A stretch of 64,000 nt of DNA from Fimicolochytrium jonesii (Eukaryota). Positions 43,116-52,827 of this stretch are shown here, piece after piece. The stretch covers positions 124,001-188,000 of the forward strand of contig NW_026515694.1 in assembly GCF_025526975.1 (NCBI RefSeq). Reading direction: 5' to 3'. The position numbers and the translations under genes are program-made. Below the pieces are notes generated by a model. The model had not been told where the DNA came from and made no database searches. It saw only the letters and a program-made list of their open reading frames with translations. Numbering within the stretch: position 1 is the stretch's first letter; each line of letters starts with the position of its first letter.

Positions 43116-43729
43116 ATCAAAATAGACTCAGGGGTCGGCGCCGGTGGAATGTACTTTTTGACCAGGGCGAGAGGCGAGGACGATCTTCGGGAAGGATCCC
43201 CCGTAGCGAGGCGTGTTTTACTGGGGTCTAAGTGACACGACGTGACGCCCTCTTTTTGAAGCCGGCTGAAAATGGGTTGCAGCAGGATACGGGATACGTA
43301 TATATAAGAGACAGAGCGCCGTCGGCAGTCCATGTGCACATGAATCCATGTTTGGCTTTCCACGCAGGGAAGTTCTAACGCTCAGAGTCTCAGACCCAAC
43401 GCGACGGGAGTCGGTTAGGGTTAGGGATACAGGCATGCGGTCTTTCGCATGGAAGTAGGAAGGAGTAGACGGCCCCTTCACAAGTGCCTAACATCAGTGT
43501 AGTCGATCGTAAATACATAGAGTATCGCACAAAGCAGGGAAGGATTTCGGGGAGCAAACCACGCCTTTTGTACGTTCGCCGTAAGGAGGATAATACCCAA
43601 AAGTATGAAAAAGAGATATTAACGAACCGCCGTATCGCAGATAGAGGACCCCTTTCCTTCCCTTGCACCCAAGCGTTTTATCCTGTACTTGTGTAATAGT
43701 GGTGTGTAAGATGCCTTCGGATATCCAGT

Positions 43730-46700
43730 TTAAGCTTTGGGACGGTCATTGATCAGATTTCGTCTCCTGAAGCCGGCCGAGAAGTCTCTAAGAACCGTGG
43801 CTAGTCGTCGCTCGTCGCGATGGTCGTTGATGGCACTGCAGTGGGGCAAATGTCAGCGCATTTTTAGATCATATAAGGGACGAGGTCCGGCCTGAACATA
43901 CCTAACATATTTGCCCAAAAACTCCTCCTTGTCTTTGGCACTCAACTGGGCATCAGGGAACTGCCTGACAACCACCTCCGCAGACCTCGCACTCTCATCC
44001 GGAACCGCCTCCGCCAAGAACCTCAGCATGACCGCGATATCCAGATACAGTTCCCGCTCCTTGGGGAACGTGTAAATCAAGCCATGGAAGAGCTTCCCCA
44101 CTAACACTTGCGAGTTGGCTTTAAGCAGCTGCACGATGGGGTCGACGACGGGCGTCGGGAGGGCCCGGGAGGTTGGCGAGGCGGAGCGGATGAGCTCGCG
44201 AGTGAAGGAGATAACAGCATGCAGGGCGTCTTGCTGCTCGATGGAAAGACAGGCGCCGGCGCAGTTGAAGAGCGAGGGGAGGAGGGGGGATTGGAAGAAG
44301 AGGAGGGGGCACTGGTCGAGGAGTTCACGGACGAGCTTGAAGTAGTCTTCAATCACTGTGAAATCGAGGGAAAAAAGGTCAGGCTTCCTCTGAGAGAACA
44401 TGCATCGCAAGAGCCCGGATTCCAGAGACCCACCTCCAGGTATAGACTCCAATTCATTCGCCTTGCTCTGCAAGATCACAAACACCGAATTCGTCAAAGT
44501 CTCCACAATCTCGAAAACCACTTTGCCTTCCTCGGTATCATCGCTTCCATATTCCCTCGCACACCGCCATGACGCCCACAAATAGCTGGGGAAGCCTGTC
44601 TTGTTGAACATCTCGACAATCTTGGCCATCATTGGGGAGAGAACCGGGAAGAGGTGAAACTTGTACGACATCATCAGGTATGCGCAGCAGCGACAGAAGT
44701 TTTCGGAGACAGCGGGGACATGCCCAAGTAGCGTAATTGTGTTGTCGAGAACTGGCCAGATTTCTTGAATGACGGGGATGGCGGGATGTGCTTGAGTTGC
44801 TGGCCATTCGCTGTAATCCGGACAGCTATACCTGAGCATCGTGCCCAGATGATGCAGAACCGCAGCACTCTCCGCCACCGCTGCATCTTCTTCAGCTTCG
44901 CTTGCAGGCTTCCCCTTCGCTGCAATGGCATGTAGTTGTTGAGCCATCGGGTGGATGAACGTTTGTAGCGCCACGCCGAGATTGCTCAAAGGAACAGCAG
45001 CAAGGATGTATGCCATCGCCTCTGTGACGTCCTGAGCGTCATGAGGATTCATTGTCTGAATAGCTCCGGAATAGAACTGATGAAGTTGCTCGAGGTGGTT
45101 TACTAGATGCTGGGAGATTTAAAGGTTTATGAGACCCCGATTCTCGGAAAATGCGAATTAGCGCTCAGTGAAGCACTTACTGGTGCACACGCTTCTCCTA
45201 GGAACTTTAACGTTTGCGAGGCTGCCGCCGTGCATTCCGGATCCGCGAACCCTTTGAACACAAAGTTCAGCTGGTACGAAATGAACTCCGGATGTTTACT
45301 GGTCCAGTCCGCGTATCGTCCAATCACCAGGATCGTTGCATATCTGATCTTCGGTTGGTCGGGTAGATGCGGTATCATCTCCATCAGCTTCGGGAGCACG
45401 GAAACCTCGGTTCGAACCTCCCTGCACATGGCACGGAAGGCAAACAGCGGCGCCTCAATCCGTTGCCATTGAACGGAAGGATCAAACTCGCCATTGTTCC
45501 GCGCGTCGAGAAGCGCGCACAGCATCGCATATGGCCTAGCGAGGGCATCTTCAGCACCGAGAACTTGCACACAGTCCTTCAGCACGTCTCCCATTTCATG
45601 ACGGAAGTCACGGAACTCGTCCCGCTCCTCGGCGCTCCAACCTTGCAGGTCCTCTGGGTAGTGCAAATGCTGGATGATGATGTCGATGAGCCTCTGATAG
45701 ACTTGGTGGAACTTTGGCAGTGAAGCTGCGTTTACTTCCAAGAGAACTTCCAGTTTCAGGGACTCCCAGAAACGAAAAGTGATTTTAACGATATCCAGAT
45801 CTTCGGAGGTCGCACATTCGAGCAAGCCCTCGATCACATCGACAAACTTCTCGTAGTTCGCCACGATCAGATCTGGCCATGCCTCCGCTGCATTCGTGAA
45901 AACTCGGCATAAATCTCTGACCACATCCGGATTGTCCTTCTCCTCTTCCAGTTTTGTTCGTAGTGGTAGAAGCATCGGGTATATTTCGTTGATGACCTCG
46001 TAAGGTCTGTCCTTCTTCGACGGCCGCGTTCGACGACATATCTCACAAATCAAATCTGTCGCTGTTTCGAAAAGATCTTCATCATTGACCGCATCGAACG
46101 CCACGCCAATAAGGGGCGTGGACGTTAGGAACGCGACTTCAATGTCGCCAGACCGCAGCCATCTCAAAAGACAATCCAGAATGTGACGGCGCAGTGCAGT
46201 GTTGCCGCCTTTAACCATCCGGATGACGTGAGTGGAATGACCTATGTACGTCGGAGCACAGATGGGATGCCTACCTGCGTTTGCGTGAAAGAACAACAGT
46301 AGATTGAGGACCTCCCTCGCATTTCCTCGTAATATCTTATCCGCTCGACCGTGGATCTCATCATTCTATGTTTGGCATTTTGTCAGCAAAGAAAGTGACG
46401 GCGCACGAGCCCCGAAATCCAAAATCCATCTACCCACATCCATTTGGATCCTGTTGTTGTATGTGAACTCCTCTGCTAATGACGCCAGGAACTCGAGCAA
46501 TGGTCCAACCATCTCCACGTCCTTGCCAAACGTCTGGATCATTTGCTTGACTGGATCCTCCCAGCTGAACATCTGCATCGCCACATCCGCTAAGGACAGA
46601 CATAACTGCGTGACCAGAGGCTTGGACCCTAGTCGGTTGCGGTGAAGTGTATGCAGCAAGGAGTCCCGCAAGGACTCTTGTATGGGTTGCTCAAGTTGTG

Positions 46701-47055
46701 TGAAGTCAAATTCTATCTGCCATCGCGGTAGCACTATTAAGTATTGACGTTATCGATATGAGCAGCTGTACAGCACCCACCTTTTGACGGAGAGTCTGTG
46801 CGGCAAATAGGCGCACTTCTGGGGGCAGGGTTTGCGATTGGAGGAGCTGATCTGAGATTGCCCAAGCTGAGGGCTGAGACAACGTTGAGACTTCAAGTAC
46901 CACGTCGAGAGCAATTGTTGCAAGCAGGATCTCACCAGCTTCTGAAAGCTCTCCAACCACTTGTTGGCCTCCGTTTTGCTGTCGCCGCTGCCGCTTGGGT
47001 CGAAGAGCACTTGAAGGACACGAAGGACTTCTTCGAGAGAAACGTTCGACGACAT
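43730..47055 (-). CDS. MTR10: Transportin-SR / Mtr10 karyopherin (multi-exon)
   Basis: EANKWLESFQK, FAAQTLRQK, LVTQLCLSLA, ERDEFRDFRHEMGDVLKDC, WQRIEAPLFAFRAM. Confidence 0.92.
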
Positions 47056-47343
47056 TGTGTTTTGACCAACGAAAGGAGACGAAATGGTCATTGATAAGCA
47101 GGCGAGGGGTCGTATGCGCTCAGAGTCCGCGGGGAGACCTTCGGTACATGTAAGAATAATGTAGCGTTGGTATGAGTGCTGGCGGTGGCGGTAGCAGTCG
47201 TGGTCCCTGTCTGTCGGGGCTGAAAGTCCGAGCGAGTTGCAGACCGCCCATCAGATTTATTAAAGCCTGCGCAACGCTCACGTGATGAAACCCATGTGAT
47301 GGAACGCTCTCTCGAACGCTCTCTAGGACCCTCTGAACTTCTT

Positions 47344-47469
47344 GATTCAACTTAGGGTTAGGGTTAGGGTTAGAGTCCTGATTCAATTGAGAATACAACG
47401 TTTACAAAGTAGGGTTAGGGTTAGGGTTAGGGTTAGGGTCTCGATTCAATTTAGAATACAGCGTTTACA
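47344..47469 (+). repeat. Interstitial telomeric repeats in a duplicated unit
   Basis: (TTAGGG)~3.7 at 47352-47373 and ~5 copies at 47410-47439; each is followed by GATTCAATT(G/T)AGAATACA(A/G)CGTTTACA; GATTCAA also precedes the first tract. Confidence 0.95.
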
Positions 47470-47729
47470 GCATCACAAATCTGCCACATAGTAAGAATCT
47501 CGCGGCGTCAAGCTATCGTTTCAGAATAGCTTCATTAATCGTTTCATACAAATCAATGTGGCTCATCTGTGGGTGACTCAGCAGCGCCGTATTAAATATG
47601 GTGGCCGCGATAGCGCGGGATATGTCGCGCTATTGCCCAGCCGCCCTTTCCCCCCTACACCCTCTTTGCGCTCACCGCCTCAGCCAACGGATCCCTCTCC
47701 CTCTTCTTTCCTCGACGGACGGCAAGCTC

Positions 47730-50101
47730 TCAACCATCACCGCCGACCGCTTTGACCGACGGCTCCCTGCCGCCAGCGCTCCCTGCCACGGCTTCTGTGG
47801 TTTTCGACTCTGCCGCGCGGGTCGCTGCACTTGTGGCCGCCGGTGGTTTCCGTCCACCAGCCACCCAGCTGGCCACGTCGCCCAGAGGGGCCGCCCAGCC
47901 TTCCGTGCCCTGTCAGCAGGGGTGGGGGGGGGGGGGGGTTTAGCATTTGCCATCCATCAGCAACAGGCGCACGCGATCTTACCCCTTGATCCTTGCCCAC
48001 GGCCGTGATGTTTGATGCTTTCCCGTGCAGAATGGTCCACATGATGGTCCAGCGCGCAACGTTGACCTGACTGGTGGAATACGTGGCCGGGAGCACAAGC
48101 GCCCCCTTTGCATCGCCCTCCCCCACTGTGCCGTGAATAATCCAGCTGGCCATGCAGCACGACAGAACCCCGCAGGAGTCCATGTCCTGCTGTCGGGGGT
48201 GCGACACATAGATGGGGGGGGACGTGGGCCCACCTGCCAGCATGAACCCACAGTGGATCATGTACCGCACCCTGCACACGATGCGCCAGCAAATGTCTTC
48301 GGTCCATACGGCCGCGTTCATGTTCCCCGATCGCTTGCCGAACATGGAGTCATAAAAGTAATGCCGGCCATCTGTCCGGTCATACCAGTACGAGGCGAAA
48401 TGGTTGCGGTTTCTGTGGAGGATGAAGTGGGCGACGTCGTGTTCTGCTGGCAACTGTGGAGGGGGCTCGTTAGCGCGGGATGTGCAGCAGTGCCGCGAGA
48501 ATGTACAGCACTTACCGGGTGACTGTATGCGGGAGCCAAACACCCCTCCCCGATCAGCAGCGCCTCGCCGGCCATCCACATGCGTCGTAGGGGTTGCCCT
48601 GTCTCCCTCCGGGTCACGGCCGCCGACTTTGCCAGGGTGTCGACGTACGTGTATATTGTTGTCAGCGACAGCCAATTGCTTGCGCTCTTCGGCCTGCCGC
48701 CCATGTTCCCCACTAGGCTGGCCATGTCGGGCGCGCCCATCCACCCGCTCCCCGCCTCCTTCAGGTTTGGGTAGAGGCCAAGCACGGTCGGCGGCAGAGT
48801 GAAGGGGCCAACGTCGCCATACTGGGCCAGGCGTGCGCACTCATCCATCACAGCCTGTAGCGGCATCCAGAAGCCGGGCATCTCGCCGTGGCCGGTAGCG
48901 CGCGCATAGGGCACCACTGAGGCGGCTTCGGCAGGCCCTCTCCCCTCTCCACCTCCGCCCATGACTTTGGGACACCCTTTGCATTGAATCCGATGCTCGT
49001 CAGGGGCGCCACCTGCCAGTGCTCGCGCGCCTTGGTGTTGTCAAGCAAGTACTCCTCCCCTTTGGCCAGTTTTGGTGCGGCCAGCTTGGGTTTGGGTGCC
49101 CGTTGTTTCGCCTCTCGTCTCCCCTGCGCAGATACCCCGCGTTAGCGCAGCACCGCGGCAACGTCCACTCACCCAACTCATACCTGCTTTGCCGCTTCCT
49201 GCATGCTTGCGTAAGTGTCGTCTGCGACGCCCCTGTAGCCTTCCCATATGCGGTCCGCTGCCTTCCCCAAAGTTGCCATGTTTTGCCTGATCGCCTTCTT
49301 GCCCCCTTTCCCGCCATTGGCCTCTGAGCGCGCGAGCTTTCTGAATAGGTGCATGGTTTCATCGAGCAGCTTTGAGGCCTCGGGGCCGCCTGTGGCTTCG
49401 TACCTCCCCTTGAACCCTCCGTGATAGTCCGCCATTTGGCAGGCCTGGGTCAGGCGAAGAGATAGCGTGGCCATATCCTCCACCCAATTCCTATCCCTGT
49501 CCGATCCCTCCTTGTCCGACCCCTCCTCCTCCGACCCCTCCTCCTCCGCGGCTGCAGTGGGCTTGGCCCTCTTCTCGGGGGGCGCTTGCTCCGGCTCCCC
49601 CTCCTCTGCGCGCTTGCGCTTCCCAGCCTCAGCCGCCCCCGGCGCCTTCTCCGCCGCCTTCTCCGCCGTCTTCTCTCCCACCTCCTCCCCCATCCCTTCC
49701 GCCGCCTCCATGGCCACCTTCCCCGATGCCCCCTCGCCGACCCCGCTGACTGGGGAGCCAGAAAGCGCCTCGATCTGAGCAGCCGTGGGCCCTGGCCCCT
49801 CCCAGCCGTTCTTGGTCACGCCGGGCACAGATGCCAGCGGGTCCCCGGGCCTTTCTTCCGCGAAAAGATCGTCGATGCTCACGTCCTCGCGCCAACAGAG
49901 CTGAATGCAGTCCCAGTACAGCGAGAAGCTTGCCACTTCCTCCTTGCTTGCCGTCTTGCCAAAGGTGCGGCCATACGGCGAGTATGGCGGCCAGCCCATG
50001 ACAAGGAGGGGGTTTGTCAGCGCGCGGACCTCGCCGGCCGCTTCCATGTTTGACCGGCTAGGGCCGGGCGCCTTTGCCGCCGCTTGGCTGCGAGTCCCCA
50101 T
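47730..50101 (-). pseudogene. Spliced gene with a C-terminal Ulp1/SENP-type (peptidase C48-like) protease; one frameshift near 48915
   Basis: WLSLTTIYTYV, NRNHFASY (His), FYDSM (Asp), PRQQDMDSCGVLSC (Gln/Cys); introns ~49124-49183, ~48455-48515 and ~47912-47981 with GT-AG ends and branch motifs. Confidence 0.75.
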
Positions 50102-50105
50102 CTTT

Positions 50106-50190
50106 GTGTGGGTGTGTGGGTGTGCGTGTGTGTGTGAGTGTGTGTGCGTGTGTGTGTGAGTGTGTGTGGGTGTGTGTGTGGGGGTGGGTG
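50106..50190. repeat. Imperfect (GT/CA)n microsatellite
   Basis: gtgtgggtgtgtgggtgtgcgtgtgtgtgtgagtgtg... immediately upstream of the protease-gene ATG. Confidence 0.92.
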
Positions 50191-50529
50191 TATCTCCGTC
50201 TTCCAAGAGCTGGCCGCACTTAGCTGCTTAGCCAATCCGCTGGAGGTGGCGCAGTCGCGGCCCAGCTGTGGCATGCCGGTTACATGTCCACACTGCTGCT
50301 GTGATGATCGCCGCATCTCCAAGACCACACTGCTACACGAAACGTCAAGCGCTTGCAGCGGACGACAGCCCCCCGGCCAGCGCCTACCTCCTTCCAGCTC
50401 AAGCCCGGCAACTCACACAGAGCACGCTCTGAGAATGCTCAGCGCTGATGAGGTGAGTGGCCGCTGTGTAGCCGTGGGCGTCTCTGCCGGGTGTTGACCG
50501 CCTGGGCTCGCAGCCCATGCTGAGCACGG

Positions 50530-50665
50530 CCGCCGCTTGCGGGAGGTCGACCAGCATGGGGTGCGCTGTCTGGGCATGCTGCAGTGCGCTGATCTCGAGC
50601 ACAACCGCCGCTTGCGGGGGGGGTCGACCGGTATGGGATGCGCTGCCTGGGCATGCTGCTGTGCC
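50530..50665 (+). repeat. Two ~60-bp imperfect direct repeats 75 bp apart
   Basis: CCGCCGCTTGCGGG..GGTCGACC.G.ATGGG.TGCGCTG.CTGGGCATGCTGC at ~50530 and ~50605. Confidence 0.85.
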
Positions 50666-50781
50666 GCGTCGGTGATTGCGATCGCGAGGGCTGGGCCGCT
50701 AACACCTTCCCCCTCCCCTTCCCCTCCACCACGCCACAGGCCACGCCCCCCGTTGCACCCACCGCGGTCGAGGCTCTTCTG

Positions 50782-52036
50782 ATGGGCATGGGGGAGGGCT
50801 GCGCCACAGCTATCTTCGGCAACACGGTGGCCTTTTTGTATCCGCTGCTGGTAGACGCCGGCCTTGCCGCCCGGGATGCTAGCCTAGAAGACAAGGGCAA
50901 GGCCATTGGCCTTTTTTCAAGGAAGATCAAGCAAGACAACTTCACCCTTTGGGGCTGGTGGATCAATAGGCCAACGCGGTCCCGTCACCACAAGAAGCGC
51001 GCCAAGCACCACATTGGGCGCCAGTCCGACATCATCGCCGCGATCACCGATGGCGGTCTTACTGCGGCCGACTTCTCGGTCGACCCCCGGCCCTCCGCTA
51101 GCCGCCCGGCTGTTCACATCGTGGTGCCAACGCCCGCCTCGTGCGATGGCTGGGAGGGCAAGATTGTCTATGCGGGGTTTGGGAAGAGACCGACGAAGCC
51201 GAGGGGCCTGGATGGGCTTGAGCGAATTGAACCCCGGGGGGGGGGGGGCCGACATCTACATCCGCGACGAGCACGGCGCCCTTGTGGCCACAATCTCATA
51301 CAATAGCGCGGGTCGTCGCGAACATGACCTGCGGCTGGGGCTCATCGTTGAGTCCTGTGGATCCCGGCCGGCTCTGGTTCGATGGAAGGCTTCAAGGGGC
51401 ACAATGCACGCCACGGGGCTTCGTCGTGGCGTCAAGCCCTCGGGATATGCCTGGGGGACGTTGCACTATTCAATGAAAGGAGGGGCTGACATTTCGGCAA
51501 AGAAGTTTCGCGTCGCCAGGGGAAAGGCGTTCACCAAGTGATTGCTGCGGGAGCTCACCAAACCCAACCCCACCGCGGCGGCCTACCCGATGATGTCCAT
51601 GCCAGAGGTGTACGGGCCACAGTCCGATGAGCTCCCCCCCGCTGTTTGCCACGACCAACTATCAAGTGGTCGTTCACTCCAACCCGTCAGACGACGGGGT
51701 AGCCGGCGAGCTGAACCCGCACCCAGGCCACGCCATATGGAAGCTGACCCCCAAGGAGGAGCTTCCGGAGGAGCTTCAGGCCCGCAAGCTATGCACGCAA
51801 TGGGTGGCAGGCTACGTCGCGCTCCGCCAACCGTCGTCGGCGAGTGGATATTTGCGCTGCCAGAGCAAGGCTTCTACTTGGTGCTGCAGCCCGACTGCAT
51901 GTGGACGTGGATGTCTGACAAGCTCCACGGAACGGCGGTGCTTGACACGTCCGGCGGCAGTCGCCACACGGCTGTTGTGACGCTGCCCCTGGTGACGGCC
52001 GCGGCCATCCGGAAATACGGCCTCCCAGATGAATAG
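50782..52036 (+). pseudogene. Disrupted orphan protein-coding gene (~410 codons if repaired)
   Basis: Protein-like segments continue across a G13 run (51236-51248), an in-frame TGA (51539-51541), a C7 run (51634-51640) and a further shift near 51830. Confidence 0.5.
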
Positions 52037-52067
52037 CTGCGCCGCCCCCAGCAGCAGCGGCCCCTCG

Positions 52068-52126
52068 TGCGTAGATTTTGTAGACCTTGCCTGCCCTGCC
52101 TGCGTAGATTTTGTAGACCTTGCCTG
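52068..52126 (+). repeat. Perfect 26-bp direct repeat pair
   Basis: TGCGTAGATTTTGTAGACCTTGCCTG at 52068-52093 and 52101-52126. Confidence 0.95.
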
Positions 52127-52340
52127 TGCAGAAAGGCCCCATTAATAGGCGAGTTTGGCGCGCAAGAGTCCGATGTGGCAAGGGGCTCGCTCCAGTAGCG
52201 CGGGCGAACGTGATGGACCGGACCTCGCTGTGAAACTTCGGCGGCTGGAGGCCTGAGCTGCCCATCCTGACCTCGCCCAGCGTGTCTCTGTCCTGCGGGC
52301 GCCGCGATGACACGCACACACAGTAGCGCTGGACTCGTGA

Positions 52341-52537
52341 CGGTAGCGCGGGGTGGGGGCTAACGCCTGTAAAGCCACGTTAGCGCGGGGTGGGTGCTAA
52401 CGCCTGTGAAGCCAAGTTAGCGTGGGGTGGGTGCTAACGCCTGTGAAGCCACGTTAGCGCGGGGTGGGTGCTAACGCCTGTGAAGCCACGTTAGCGCGGG
52501 GTGGGTGCTAACGCCTGTGAAGTGACGTTAGCGCGGG
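52341..52537 (+). repeat. 37-bp tandem hairpin array (5 copies + partial)
   Basis: Unit CGTTAGCGCGGGGTGGGTGCTAACGCCTGTGAAGCCA starting at 52341, 52378, 52415, 52452 and 52489, partial at 52526; internal CGTTAGC/GCTAACG inverted repeat. Confidence 0.97.
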
Positions 52538-52827
52538 CATGGGTGTTGCTCACCGTGCCCCAGGGCTCCGCGTCTGCAGACTTCTACCTTCTACATGGTT
52601 GTGAGCAGACAAATTCCAGACCGCCGAGACCAAGCTCATTCTTACAATTGCGCGCAATTGCGCACACTTGCACCCTCGCACATTCAAGGCAAACCCCCAG
52701 CCAGTCTCTGAAAGCCTTCAGCGCTTCGCAGGTAACGGGAGTCCTGGATCCTCCTCGAGACCAGGCCCCTTGCTCGGCCCCCTTGATCTCACCACCTGCC
52801 TGCACAGCACGGCACAGCACGGCCATC

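Noticed and set aside
47341..47350. TTGAT as an ISDra2-type TnpB TAM at the left junction
   Set aside because: A 5-mer match to a distant bacterial system is expected by chance.
47352..47439. True chromosome end
   Set aside because: The tracts are short, interrupted and flanked by genes on both sides.
48455..49150. GTTAGCGC motifs at ~48469 and ~49141 as further hairpin-family sites
   Set aside because: On the minus strand they are GCTAAC branch points of the protease-gene introns.
52341..52537. CRISPR array beside a Cas12-related nuclease
   Set aside because: Units are contiguous and the linkers are near-identical; there are no unique spacers, so it is recorded as a tandem repeat.
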